From positions 12,563 through 76,562 of the forward strand of contig JAFAZK010000280.1 of assembly GCA_019239825.1 (NCBI GenBank): DNA of 64,000 bases. The letters run 5' to 3'. Origin of the DNA: Verrucomicrobiota bacterium. GTDB lineage: Bacteria > Verrucomicrobiota > Verrucomicrobiia > Chthoniobacterales > JAFAMB01. The position numbers and the translations under genes were made by a program. Each line of letters starts with the position of its first letter. Positions within the stretch are counted from its first letter, which is position 1. This document shows, piece by piece, positions 30,088-40,110 of this stretch. Below the pieces are notes generated by a model that had not been told where the DNA came from, did not search any database, and worked only from the letters and a program-made list of their open reading frames with translations.

Positions 30088-31266
30088 TTATTTTCCCGCC
30101 TTCGTTTCGGCGATCAGCTTGCGAAATTGATCGAAAAAGTAGGTGGCGTCATGTGGCCCCGGCGCAGCCTCCGGATGGTATTGCACACTGAACACAGGAT
30201 GGTTTCGGTCGCGTAGACCCTCAACCGTGCCGTCGTTCAGGTTGATGTGGGATACTTCCACGTCGGAAGGTAATGAATCCGGATCCACAGCGAACCCGTG
30301 ATTCTGTGAGGTAATCGCTACTTTCCCGGTGGCCAGATCTTTGACCGGCTGATTCCCTCCCCGGTGACCGAACTTCAGTTTAAATGTTTTCCCACCGTAG
30401 GCATAACCCAGTAACTGGTGGCCGAGACAGATCCCAAAGATAGGGCATCTGCCGACCAATTCGCTGAGTTCTTTGTGAATGTAGGTCAGCGGCGCAGGAT
30501 CTCCCGGGCCATTGGATAGGAAGACGCCATCCGGCTTCAAACTCAACACCTCTTTAGCTGTGGTTCCGGCCGGCACTACCCGCACTCCGAACCCATGTTG
30601 GCGCAGCCGGCGCAGGATGTTGGTTTTAATACCGTAATCGTAAGCAACGATATTATGCTGCTTCGGGGGTAACGATTTGAAGGCTTGACCGTTTTCTTCG
30701 ATCTCTGCGGTGTCGGCGCCCTTTATCAAAGTCCATTCCCGGCTCAAACGATCTTCTGGGTCCCATTCGAATGCCTCAGGCGTTGTGACCTCTCTAACAA
30801 AATCAGCGCCAATCATCGGCGGGGCATTGCGAGCCGCGGCGACCGCGTCTGCAGGAGATAGAGCTTCGTCTGTCAGGCAGGCCCGCATCGCTCCGCGAAC
30901 CCGTAGATGCTTGGTGAGGGCTCGAGTATCCACCCCTTGGATCGCAGGGATCTTCCAACGCTTCAGATATTCGTCGAGCGACCCTGCTGAGCGCCAATTG
31001 CTGGTTATGGGCGATAATTCTCCTACCACAAACCCGCGGACGTGCGGTTCACTGCTCTCGTTGTCGAGGTCGTTTGTTCCGTAATTGCCGATCAGCGGAT
31101 AGGTCATCGTGACGATTTGACCGCGGTAGGAGGGATCCGTCAGGACTTCCTGGTAACCCGTCATCGACGTGTTAAAACAGATCTCGCCGACAGTGGTGCC
31201 GGACGCGCCGAACGAGTCCCCGCTGAAGGTCCGCCCATCTTCTAGAGCGATTAAAGCCTGCTTCAT
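30088..31266 (-). CDS. carA: Carbamoyl-phosphate synthase small subunit
   Basis: FNTSMTGYQE, SNGPGDP, GICLGHQ, QYHPEA. Confidence 0.96.
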   Translation of the reverse strand: MKQALIALEDGRTFSGDSFGASGTTVGEICFNTSMTGYQEVLTDPSYRGQIVTMTYPLIGNYGTNDLDNESSEPHVRGFVVGELSPITSNWRSAGSLDEYLKRWKIPAIQGVDTRALTKHLRVRGAMRACLTDEALSPADAVAAARNAPPMIGADFVREVTTPEAFEWDPEDRLSREWTLIKGADTAEIEENGQAFKSLPPKQHNIVAYDYGIKTNILRRLRQHGFGVRVVPAGTTAKEVLSLKPDGVFLSNGPGDPAPLTYIHKELSELVGRCPIFGICLGHQLLGYAYGGKTFKLKFGHRGGNQPVKDLATGKVAITSQNHGFAVDPDSLPSDVEVSHINLNDGTVEGLRDRNHPVFSVQYHPEAAPGPHDATYFFDQFRKLIAETKAGK

Positions 31267-31362
31267 TTTCGGCGGCAAATATGGGGGTGGTAAGAGAGGA
31301 GTTCAAGGGCGGGGAGAGCAGGATTCAGGAGCCAGGAGGCGTTGGGTTTGGTGCGCGTGCCG

Positions 31363-31654
31363 CCTGGAGGGGAGCCGCTTTTGAATTTTGCCCGTAACCT
31401 GAGCTGATCGGGCAAATAAGTGGCGCCCTAGGGGTTGCTTGTTCAGCAGGCGGCTCCCGCGAACGCCTGCTGATGTCCCTACAACCCACTGCGATTCACT
31501 TCGCTCTATACCAAATACGACGCGATAGGGCCAAATCGCACGGTGAGACGTTCGAGGGAGCCGCCTGCTTCTCCCGCCAGGCAAACTTCGCCCGGCGGAG
31601 GGCTCCGATCGCATGCGTTCAAATTAGCATCGGCGAAAGCGGCTCCCCTCCAGG
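31363..31654. repeat. Nested-palindrome element family A, copy 3
   Basis: CCTGGAGGGGAGCCGCTTT...AAAGCGGCTCCCCTCCAGG; inner AGCAGGCGGCTCCC...GGGAGCCGCCTGCT. Confidence 0.88.
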
Positions 31655-31658
31655 GTGT

Positions 31659-32933
31659 TCAGGCGCTCCGTCCCATTGCTGCCAACGCCGACCTCAACAT
31701 CGGAGCAAGGTCTCCGTTCTTGCTAATAACGATTTTCTCCAGGCCCAGCCAATCCGCCATCGATCGTAGCTCGGCGGCTACTGCGTGAACGAAGGTTTTC
31801 GGTTCCGTCTGGGGCTCGGCAAATGCGCCCACGACTCGCAGGGCTCGGTTGGCGCGATCGGCTTTCAAGTCGAGCCGGGCCACGAAGTTTTGCCCAAACA
31901 GAAACGGTAGAATGTAATAGCCGTGTTGGCGTTGCGCTGCAGGCGTGTAGATCTCAATCCGATAATGAAATCCGAAGAGCCGCTCTGTTCGTTGCCTCTC
32001 CCAAACTAAGGGATCGAACGGCGACAAGAAAGCCGCCGCTTCGAGCGAACGAGGGATGCGAATCGCAGAGCTAAGATATGCCGGCTGGCGCCAACCTTCG
32101 ACTTTCACCTCGAGCAGTTCGCCTGCTTCGACAAGTTCGCGGATTCGAGGACGGGTCTCGTTAAGCTTTAGTCGGAAGTAGTCGCCAAGGTCATTTTCAG
32201 TCGCGACGCCAAGCGCTCGAGAGGCTGTTGCCACCAAGTCTCGCTGACCAATTTCCCGTTCGGGTAGATGGCTGTTGTATAGATCGGGAAAGACCCGCTC
32301 TGTGAGATCGTAAATGCGCTCAAAATTGCGCCGGGTTGAAGTCGTGACCTGCCCTGACCAGAATAGCCATTCCAACGCGATCTTCGAATCGCTCCATTCC
32401 CACCAGCCGGCTTTCTTGGCCAATTGCTCTTGTCTAATCATTTTTTCGACATCGCCGGCTCCGGATGGGCCGTGCTCTCGGATGACCTCCAAAACGTCCT
32501 GAATCAAGCCGGCCTTTTCGCTGGCAAAAGTGACCAACCCTTTGTAAACCCCGCCCCCCTGTTTAGCCCGTTCCATCCGCCAACGGAGGCTCGGAAACAG
32601 GTTAATCGGGATAAGGGAGGCAGCATGGCCCCAATACTCGAACAGACGGCGTTTCCGGTAGGCAAGATCGTCCAGCCACTCTGTTGGGTAGGGACCGAGG
32701 CGTGAGAAGAGTGGGAAGTAATGAGCTCTAACCAAGACATTTACCGAGTCGATCTGCAACAATCCCAGACGCTGAACTGTGGATAGAAGATGTCGTTTAG
32801 TGACTGCGGCCGGTTTAGTAGATCCCAAGCCTTGGGCCGCTAAGGCAGCCCGCCGCGCTTCGCCAAGTGAGAGCGTCAAACGCGTACGCGTCCTGGGAGA
32901 TCTAGCGGGGCTCACCAAGAGAGCTGGTTCCAA
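31659..32933 (-). CDS. YcaQ/AlkZ (HTH_42) family crosslink DNA glycosylase
   Basis: LLQIDSVNVLVRAHY (QxD), FEYWGH, LSPFDPLVW, YRIEIY; start uncertain. Confidence 0.9.
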   Translation of the reverse strand: MEPALLVSPARSPRTRTRLTLSLGEARRAALAAQGLGSTKPAAVTKRHLLSTVQRLGLLQIDSVNVLVRAHYFPLFSRLGPYPTEWLDDLAYRKRRLFEYWGHAASLIPINLFPSLRWRMERAKQGGGVYKGLVTFASEKAGLIQDVLEVIREHGPSGAGDVEKMIRQEQLAKKAGWWEWSDSKIALEWLFWSGQVTTSTRRNFERIYDLTERVFPDLYNSHLPEREIGQRDLVATASRALGVATENDLGDYFRLKLNETRPRIRELVEAGELLEVKVEGWRQPAYLSSAIRIPRSLEAAAFLSPFDPLVWERQRTERLFGFHYRIEIYTPAAQRQHGYYILPFLFGQNFVARLDLKADRANRALRVVGAFAEPQTEPKTFVHAVAAELRSMADWLGLEKIVISKNGDLAPMLRSALAAMGRSA

Positions 32934-34204
32934 TAAGTGACCGTACCGTTATGGTTCTTAACGAATCTAACCGAACCATCTTGCGAAATCACGATGGCGA
33001 GACACTTCGGATGTTGATCACAAAGCCGATAGACGGCCCGATGGCGAGTGCCAACGTCGTCTAAAGATTCATTGGCCCAAATCGTGGCTTCAAGATCCAT
33101 CGCCCGCCGCACACTCGATAGGCACGGTGCTTCCGAAAGTAATTCTGCGCCGAAGCCGATGATTTCATATTGCTTGCTCAATATTAAGGCTCCGTCGACC
33201 GCCATCAGGTCGCCTAAAAAGTGGGCGAACTCGAAAAAAGCCTCGTCTAGTTCACCCAGGTGTCGGTCAGCAAAGCTTTGGTACTCATTCCAACCGATGT
33301 TCTGAACGTGGTTGGCGACGGCTAACTGGCTAAGGCGCAAGACGGCGGATCTGAGCAGGTTCCGGTACCGAGTCCGCAGCGGGCTTTTGGCCAGCAAATA
33401 CTTGAAACGCATTGGACCACCTGGCGCAGCAAATTCGGCTTCGTCCTCCGGCTCGATAAAGACCAGCGTGCCACCATGTTTGGCGTTTCTTACCACGCTG
33501 AGCGTTCGGCGACTGATATTCTGAGAAACCGCTCTAATGAAGTCGATATCGACCCTTACAGATGGGTGATTGTCTTCGTGGTTGGCCAGCCAGTGCTGCA
33601 TTTGCTTGCGTACACCAGCGAACGATTCCCGTAGCCAGTTAGACTGGAAAAGGTCAAACGCGTAAGCCTCCAGCTGCCCGCCGCTCAGCGCGGCTATCCG
33701 GCGATGACCCACAAAGACGGTAATGCGACCTGGACCAAGGGCATGAATCACCACTCGCGTTGGTAACGGGTAACCGGTGAAACGGCCGCCGTCGACACTA
33801 TTAACCCATCTAGTGCCGGACAAAAGAATCCCCCAAATCTTGAGCTTTTCGTCTCCGTAAGGCGCTACGGCGACCAAGGACCGAAAGAAGTCCGCCGCCA
33901 TGGAGATCCGCCTAACTTCCTGCTCGTTAAACGGTCGCGGCCGGTCGAACGAGATTCCGCTTAAAGCCGTCGGTGCCTGATCGGCTTTTATGACGTCATC
34001 GGGATGACCCAGTAATATACGGAAAGTAACCGGCCGCTGTTCTTCTCTCAGCAGACTCGCGTGGTAGGCGACATCCAGCAGCAATCGGAGCTGCCAATCA
34101 TTTGGTAGATACGTCAACAGATCCGCGGGCCAAGCTCGTTTGACCAGATCGGTCAATTGGCCCGGATAAGAGTAGCCTAAGTAACTATGCAGCCGATGGG
34201 TCAT
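32912..34204 (-). CDS. Sensor-domain plus DisA_N/DAC-fold protein
   Basis: HGGTLV, VDGAL, GTRHRA, ISQDG DAC-like motifs; soluble, with a large N-terminal domain. Confidence 0.75.
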   Translation of the reverse strand: MTHRLHSYLGYSYPGQLTDLVKRAWPADLLTYLPNDWQLRLLLDVAYHASLLREEQRPVTFRILLGHPDDVIKADQAPTALSGISFDRPRPFNEQEVRRISMAADFFRSLVAVAPYGDEKLKIWGILLSGTRWVNSVDGGRFTGYPLPTRVVIHALGPGRITVFVGHRRIAALSGGQLEAYAFDLFQSNWLRESFAGVRKQMQHWLANHEDNHPSVRVDIDFIRAVSQNISRRTLSVVRNAKHGGTLVFIEPEDEAEFAAPGGPMRFKYLLAKSPLRTRYRNLLRSAVLRLSQLAVANHVQNIGWNEYQSFADRHLGELDEAFFEFAHFLGDLMAVDGALILSKQYEIIGFGAELLSEAPCLSSVRRAMDLEATIWANESLDDVGTRHRAVYRLCDQHPKCLAIVISQDGSVRFVKNHNGTVTYWNQLSW

Positions 34205-34397
34205 TCTCAGTCATCGCAATCAAACCGACAATAAATCGCTACCGGAGTCAGTTTGCAATTTCCGAGGCGGAAGATTTTGCAGGGCTCAGCGATGACATCG
34301 CAGCCTAGTGCCTGGGACAAAATTCGAGGCGGCCCTGAAAAGAGGCCGCCTGGAGACACGAGCTCCTAAGATGGGGACCTTTTTGGTCGCCGCGCTT

Positions 34398-35375
34398 TTA
34401 AAGCTTGGCCGCGATCATCTGCTCGAGCTTCACGATATCGGCTGAGAATTTACGGATGCCTTCCGCTAGTTTTTCAGTCGCCATCGCGTCCTCGTTCAGT
34501 GCAAACCGGAATCCTTTTTCATCAAAACTGACCTTATCAAGGTCGCTCTTCTTTGCGGTTTCCGGCGATAATTTTCGGGTGATTGGTGCGTTCGAGGCGC
34601 TCAACTCAGCCAGAAGCTTCGGACTGATAGTGAGTAGATCGCTCCCCGCCAGCTCAATAATTTCTCCTGTGTTTCTGAAGCTTGCCCCCATCACCTGGGT
34701 CTCATAGCCGTACTTCTTGTAGTAATTGTAGATCTTGGTTACCGAGATAACTCCCGGATCCTCGGCGCCGTGATATTCTTTTCCAGTCGACGCTTTGTAC
34801 CAGTCATAAATCCGGCCCACAAATGGCGAGATCAACCGTACCTCGGCTTCGGCGCATGCTACCGCCTGAGCGAATGAGAAGAGCAACGTAAGGTTGCAAT
34901 TGATCCCTTCCTTCTGGAGCTGTTCCGCTGCCTTAATCCCTTCCCACGTCGAGGCGATCTTGATCAACACACGTTCGCGGGAGATGCCGTTCTTTTCGTA
35001 AAGGCCGATCAGTTGCCGAGCTTTCTTGATCGAGCCTTCCCGATCAAAAGAAAGTCGCGCGTCCGTTTCGGTCGAGACCCGGCCCGGAACGATCTTCAAA
35101 ATTTCTAACCCGAACGCGATCAGCAAATGGTCGATTATATCTTCGATCTTCGCTGCACCGGATAACGGGGAAGACTTCAAATTGGCGATGACTTCGTCCA
35201 GCAGATGGGAGTATTCAGACTGCGAAACCGCCGCGAAAATGAGACTTGGATTAGTCGTCGAGTCCTGGGGCTTGAATTGTTGAATGCTCTCGAAGTCGCC
35301 GGTGTCAGCTACGACTTTCGTGAACTGTTTGAGCTGATCCAGCTGTGAAAGCTTTTCAAGAGTTTCGGTGCTCAT
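34398..35375 (-). CDS. tal: Transaldolase
   Basis: [37 protein letters not shown]. Confidence 0.96.
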   Translation of the reverse strand: MSTETLEKLSQLDQLKQFTKVVADTGDFESIQQFKPQDSTTNPSLIFAAVSQSEYSHLLDEVIANLKSSPLSGAAKIEDIIDHLLIAFGLEILKIVPGRVSTETDARLSFDREGSIKKARQLIGLYEKNGISRERVLIKIASTWEGIKAAEQLQKEGINCNLTLLFSFAQAVACAEAEVRLISPFVGRIYDWYKASTGKEYHGAEDPGVISVTKIYNYYKKYGYETQVMGASFRNTGEIIELAGSDLLTISPKLLAELSASNAPITRKLSPETAKKSDLDKVSFDEKGFRFALNEDAMATEKLAEGIRKFSADIVKLEQMIAAKL

Positions 35376-35453
35376 ACCAACCACCACCCAACGCCCTTTG
35401 AGGTGCAACTTCAACAACTTTTTGCGCGGCAATTGGGCGATTCGATCAGCCCT

Positions 35454-35824
35454 GTGGAGCGTTGCCTCGCAAGCGAGCCCGAGGCGTCGTCACCATGGAG
35501 GGGAGCCGCTATTACCCGGACACCGTTTGCACGTACAGTCTTGAAACCCCGCGTTGATCAGGTGGGCGTGTGCGAGCGGGCGGCTCCCGCGAACGTCTCC
35601 TGACGTCCCTACCATCCAGGGCGATTCTCTTCGTTCTCTATTAAATGCAACGCGATAAGGCCGAATCGCATTCGTGGAGACGTTTCCGGGAGCCGCCTGC
35701 TACACTACCTTGGACAGTTTGCCCGATTTTTGGCGCGATCATGCCAGGTGTCTCTTAACAGTCAAAAGCGGTTCCCCTCCACGGGTGGCAACCCCTCGGT
35801 CTCGCAAGCGAGGCAGCGCTCCAC
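35454..35824. repeat. Family A element copy 4, nested in a second hairpin repeat
   Basis: Family A core about 35496-35781 flanked by GTGGAGCGTTGCCTCGCAAGCGAG and CTCGCAAGCGAGGCAGCGCTCCAC. Confidence 0.82.
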
Positions 35825-35836
35825 GGCTTTGCCGCC

Positions 35837-37213
35837 CTAGGCGCCTTTTGCAGCGTGAACAGCGACCGGGGAACCGTGGACCGTTTGGTAATACCCCTGC
35901 AGCGCCGCGTCATAAACGGTTTTGATCGGCACGCCTGCTTTCTCCGCGGCTTTGCGGCAATCCTCAAACTCGGGTGCCACCTGAATCACTTCTCCTCCCA
36001 GCATGCCCAGCTTGATCGCCAGAGACCCGTACGGAGTAGTCACCGAGACGAAGGTTCGCTCGAGAGCCAAACGATCAACTTCCCGGTAACGCACCCCGAA
36101 GGTCGACGTGTGCCGAAGGATCATTTCTTGGACTTCTCCCAGCTGGTCGGGACGGCAAAGAGTGGTAAGTAAGATCCCTGGCCGGCTCTTTTTCATTTGG
36201 ACCGGAGAGAAAAAGGCTTCCGCGGCGCCAGCCTCCCTTATCTTATCGATCGCTGCCCCAAGAAGTTCCGGGGTCATATCATCAATGGTTGCCTGTACTT
36301 CGACCAGGCGCTCAGGACCAGAAGAGAAGATTTTGTCGGCGAGGATTGCGCGAAGCACGTTTGCCCGTTCGGGGAGATCTCGGCTACCGAGGCCGTAGCC
36401 GGTTTTGGTAGGCCGGATCGCCGGGAACGTGCCGACTGAACTCTGAAATTCAGCTACCAGGGCGGCGCCAGTGGGCGTGATCAACTCAAAGGGCACCGCA
36501 ATTTGAGTAATAGGCAATCCAGCCAGGATTTCGATCGTTGCCGGGCTGGGAATCGGATATTCGCCGTGAGCGCAATGGATTGAACCCTGGCCGTCGACCA
36601 TTTGAGAAAAATGGATCTCGGCCACATCTAAACTTTCGATCCCGACGCAGGCGAGCACGATATCGACGATCGAATCGAGTGCGCCAACCTCATGGAAGCG
36701 GACGTCGTCGATCGAACACCCATGGATCTTCGCTTCGGCAACCGCCAGGCGGCGAAACACGCCCAGACTATGCTTTTTGGTAAAATCGGAAAGATCGCTC
36801 TCTTCGATCAACTGGACGATGTCCCGGTACGTCCGATGAGCGTCAGGGACGAGCTCCAGCTCGTCCACCGTGTGTTTAGAAGAGGGCTTGTCTGGGCTAT
36901 CCGCATGTTCGTAGTGCCCATGATCGTGATCCCCATGATGGTGGTGACCCCCATGATCGTGTTCGTGCTGATGATCATGATCCTCGTGATGCTCGTGTTG
37001 CGAGTGGACGTGGACTGCGCCGGCGTGCACCCCGAATTTGACCCCAGCGATCCCTTTGCGCTGTTGGCGCTCGAAATGCAGGTGATGATCTTCGAGTGCG
37101 ATTTTGGTCAATTCCCATTCGAATACCGATGGCGCGACTCCGAGATCGGTCAGTGCTCCGACAAACATGTCGCCACTGATCCCAGAGAAGCAGTCCACGC
37201 AGAGAATCCTCAT
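35837..37213 (-). CDS. larC: Nickel-pincer cofactor biosynthesis protein LarC
   Basis: SGISGDM, His-rich insert, FHEVGALDSIVD, ELITPTGAA, DDMTPE, MKKSRPG, PEFEDC. Confidence 0.93.
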   Translation of the reverse strand: MRILCVDCFSGISGDMFVGALTDLGVAPSVFEWELTKIALEDHHLHFERQQRKGIAGVKFGVHAGAVHVHSQHEHHEDHDHQHEHDHGGHHHHGDHDHGHYEHADSPDKPSSKHTVDELELVPDAHRTYRDIVQLIEESDLSDFTKKHSLGVFRRLAVAEAKIHGCSIDDVRFHEVGALDSIVDIVLACVGIESLDVAEIHFSQMVDGQGSIHCAHGEYPIPSPATIEILAGLPITQIAVPFELITPTGAALVAEFQSSVGTFPAIRPTKTGYGLGSRDLPERANVLRAILADKIFSSGPERLVEVQATIDDMTPELLGAAIDKIREAGAAEAFFSPVQMKKSRPGILLTTLCRPDQLGEVQEMILRHTSTFGVRYREVDRLALERTFVSVTTPYGSLAIKLGMLGGEVIQVAPEFEDCRKAAEKAGVPIKTVYDAALQGYYQTVHGSPVAVHAAKGA

Positions 37214-37249
37214 TGCAGCCAATAGAATGACAAATCAGGAGCCGCAACC

Positions 37250-37470
37250 AAAACCACGAATGGACGCGAATAGGAAACGCGAATGAACGCGAAGACTTAA
37301 GGGCAACCGCAGATTCACGCAGATGTATGCAAATAATTTCTCCGAGGTACCTCCTGGCCATTTATGCCCTGTTTCTCCGTGGGAGCGGGCTAGGTTGCTG
37401 CAGCTTAGTTTCCTGTTCGCGTGCATTCGTGTCCATTCGCGGTCCTTTTCGTGTCCATTCGCGGTTATTT
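37250..37470. repeat. Intergenic degenerate CGCGAAT/CGCAGAT repeats with inverted counterpart
   Basis: cacgaatggacgcgaat...cgcgaatgaacgcgaa versus attcgtgtccattcgcggt twice. Confidence 0.65.
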
Positions 37471-37559
37471 TTCGCAACTTTTTGCTGGTTAGAGGGGTAG
37501 GAGAAATGAGGCGTTAAGCCTAGGATGGAAAACAATAAACCGCTCAACTTTGCAGACCT

Positions 37560-38264
37560 ATGAGGACAGCTGTATTAGCCGCGCTCTCGATTGCAGTCTT
37601 AATGGCGACGGGGAAGATGGCCCCGGCGCAGCAGCCCGTTACTGTTGATATTCCGATTCTGAATCAAACCCTGATCGCATCTAGTAATCAGACGCTTTCT
37701 ATCAACGGGGATGGTAAACCCAGGGTGATTACCGGTGATAATAACAAGATCCAGATTCACGGCGATTGTTCGAGTCTGAAGGTCATAGGTAAAAGCAACA
37801 CGGTTGAAGTGGAACGGGTGGGAGACATCCAGATGATTGGCGCCTCGAACCGGGTATCTTATGTGCGCACGCTTAACGGTGATACCCCGACTATCGCGAA
37901 TATCGGGCAGGATAATGAGGCTAAGCAAGTGGCTGGCCTGGATTCCGCCAATGTGGCGACGCCGGGTCCGTCTGCGGAAGATAGCGGCGATGTGCAGTTG
38001 GTCATCCTGACCAATGATAACCAGACGCGACCGATCAATAAGCCGCACGTCAGATTGGTTGGCAGCAATAACTCTCTCGTGTTTACCGGCGTTGCCCAGG
38101 AACTCGAAATCGACGGATCAAACAACGACGTCGAGATCGATCAGGTCACCAAAGTTATATTCCACGGCTCGAATAATGATGTGACCTACAAGCAATCTCT
38201 AAGCTCGGGAGACGTTGTTTCGGAAGCGCACGGCTCGAATAATGAGGTCGAGAAAGCGGACTAA
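37560..38264 (+). CDS. Secreted DUF3060-like beta-repeat protein (two repeat domains)
   Basis: Signal peptide; repeated ITGDNNKI/VIGKSNTV/IDGSNNDV motifs. Confidence 0.75.
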   Translation: MRTAVLAALSIAVLMATGKMAPAQQPVTVDIPILNQTLIASSNQTLSINGDGKPRVITGDNNKIQIHGDCSSLKVIGKSNTVEVERVGDIQMIGASNRVSYVRTLNGDTPTIANIGQDNEAKQVAGLDSANVATPGPSAEDSGDVQLVILTNDNQTRPINKPHVRLVGSNNSLVFTGVAQELEIDGSNNDVEIDQVTKVIFHGSNNDVTYKQSLSSGDVVSEAHGSNNEVEKAD

Positions 38265-38445
38265 AACCGCGATGGGCGAGAACAATCAGGTGATCACAGC
38301 CGAGCCATAACGGAGCGCGGCCGTGAACGGCGACTAATACTAGACCGGCACGCGGCAGTGGAACAGTTAGGCCCTGGCTGCAATGGCCGAGGTCGCACTA
38401 CTTTCTTCTTTTCTGGCAGCCGAGCTTCGTTGTATACGGTCACAC

Positions 38446-38877
38446 ATGAAGTGTGGCATTTGGCTTGGCATCATAGTAGGCTGCTTCGGGCTGGTTGCCG
38501 TGCCCGCAAAGGCGATCTCTCCGGATCTCTGGCAAAATGACTTGGCCAGAGCGCAAACTTTTTACGTCGGTCCATGGGAAGTCGACCTCCCTCCTTTCTA
38601 TTTCGGTCCGAATGCGAATCAGCGAGAACTCCGGCTGTTGCTTAAACAACCAGACGCGACGGCTCGGATGCGTTGGTTGCTTTCTCACGGAACTCCTGAG
38701 GGCCAGATGTGGGGTTTATACGGATTGCGTCTGCTGCACGACCCGGAATTTGAAGCCTATGCCAGCCGCCTCGAAGAGCAGCCCGGAGAAATCTTAACCA
38801 CTACCGTCGTCCCAGGCTTCCATAAGACGAAAAGTGAAGTCATCGAACGGATTCGTCATAACGATTTTCATTTTTAA
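38446..38877 (+). CDS. Hypothetical secreted protein
   Basis: Signal-peptide-like N-terminus MKCGIWLGIIVGCFGLVAVPAKA; co-oriented between DUF3060-like genes. Confidence 0.6.
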   Translation: MKCGIWLGIIVGCFGLVAVPAKAISPDLWQNDLARAQTFYVGPWEVDLPPFYFGPNANQRELRLLLKQPDATARMRWLLSHGTPEGQMWGLYGLRLLHDPEFEAYASRLEEQPGEILTTTVVPGFHKTKSEVIERIRHNDFHF

Positions 38878-38943
38878 TTGGTTGCAACTTACACCGGCTC
38901 AGGTGTGTAGTTACTGAGAGTTGAACCCCGCTTCTAACTACCT

Positions 38944-39321
38944 ATGAAAAACCTATCAGGAAGATTCCGCTTGTTTATAGCAATGCTCGGCTGTTCAGCA
39001 TCCCTGGCTATTGGACAAAGCGTTGTTCGCGGTACGGACACCGCTCAACAGATCATGGCGTCAAATCAGAAGTTGTCGTTTGACGGCGCTAACAAGACTT
39101 TTCAAATCCTCGGTCATGATGACGAGGTTACGGTCACGGGCGATTGCTTCGCGGTTTCTGTGCTAGGCACCAACAACAAGGTGATCCTCGATGGGGTTGG
39201 CGTCATCCAAGCCGGCGGCAGCGGCAATTTGATTACCTATCGTCGGGGACTGAATGGGGACGCGACCCCTAAAATCGCGACGACTGGCGAGAACAATAAG
39301 GTGGTCGCTACCGGTCAGTAG
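38944..39321 (+). CDS. Secreted DUF3060-like protein (single domain)
   Basis: Paralogous to the first half of 37560-38264 (ASNQ.LS..G, GDC, LNGD.TP.IA..G). Confidence 0.75.
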   Translation: MKNLSGRFRLFIAMLGCSASLAIGQSVVRGTDTAQQIMASNQKLSFDGANKTFQILGHDDEVTVTGDCFAVSVLGTNNKVILDGVGVIQAGGSGNLITYRRGLNGDATPKIATTGENNKVVATGQ

Positions 39322-39423
39322 TGAGAAGTGATTGGTGAGAGGCGACCGGTGCCGCTGAGCTGTGGAGCGCTGCCTCGATTGCGAGGTAACGCTCCACGGA
39401 GCCGGTTCGATTGCCAATCATAT

Positions 39424-39858
39424 TTATCTTGCCGAACCCCGAAGCCGTTTCGCCAGATAGGATCGTTGATGGCCGCGGGGATAGTCTTCCAATGTGCCGA
39501 AGACCTTAAACCCGAGTTTTTCGTAGAATCCGGGTGCCTGATAGTCAAAGGTGTCCAGATAGATCGCATCGCACTCTTGCTCAACGGCCAAGGCTTCTGC
39601 GCGCGCCATTAATTCACGGCCGATCCCTTCTTTTCGGAACTGTCGGTCGACGTAAAGGCTTGAGACAAAGAAATGATTCCAGTGAGTAAAGCCTAACAGT
39701 CCCGCGATGAACTCGCCAGAGTCAGAACGCACGACAATAGCGAATTCCTTCTTGTTTCGCGGCCCTACCTGCGCCTCGTTGTAGGCGATCAAGGGGTCGA
39801 TGATGCTGTAACATTCTTCAGGCGTTGGCTCGGACCGCAAGGTATAGGTAAGTTCCAT
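39424..39858 (-). CDS. GNAT family acetyltransferase
   Basis: LYVDRQFRKEGIGRELM, LDTFDYQAPGFYEKLGF. Confidence 0.88.
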   Translation of the reverse strand: MELTYTLRSEPTPEECYSIIDPLIAYNEAQVGPRNKKEFAIVVRSDSGEFIAGLLGFTHWNHFFVSSLYVDRQFRKEGIGRELMARAEALAVEQECDAIYLDTFDYQAPGFYEKLGFKVFGTLEDYPRGHQRSYLAKRLRGSAR

Positions 39859-40110
39859 TGTTGGTCGCTGGGTCCACAACCCTAGAGAAGACCGCTTTTC
39901 AGATTGGCAGCTTTATCGTCCGGCATCAAGCGCCGGAATTGCCCAGCGGCGATTTACGATCGTCCTCGTATTCGTCGTCGTCCTCGTCCTCGATTTGTTT
40001 TTGGGCGTGTTCACCGGATAGGATTGCTCTCGGAAATATGCACTGGGTAGTTCAGCCTCTCTCCGGTTAGTCGCACCTTTTCGAGGACGAGGACGACGAC
40101 GATCGGTCCC

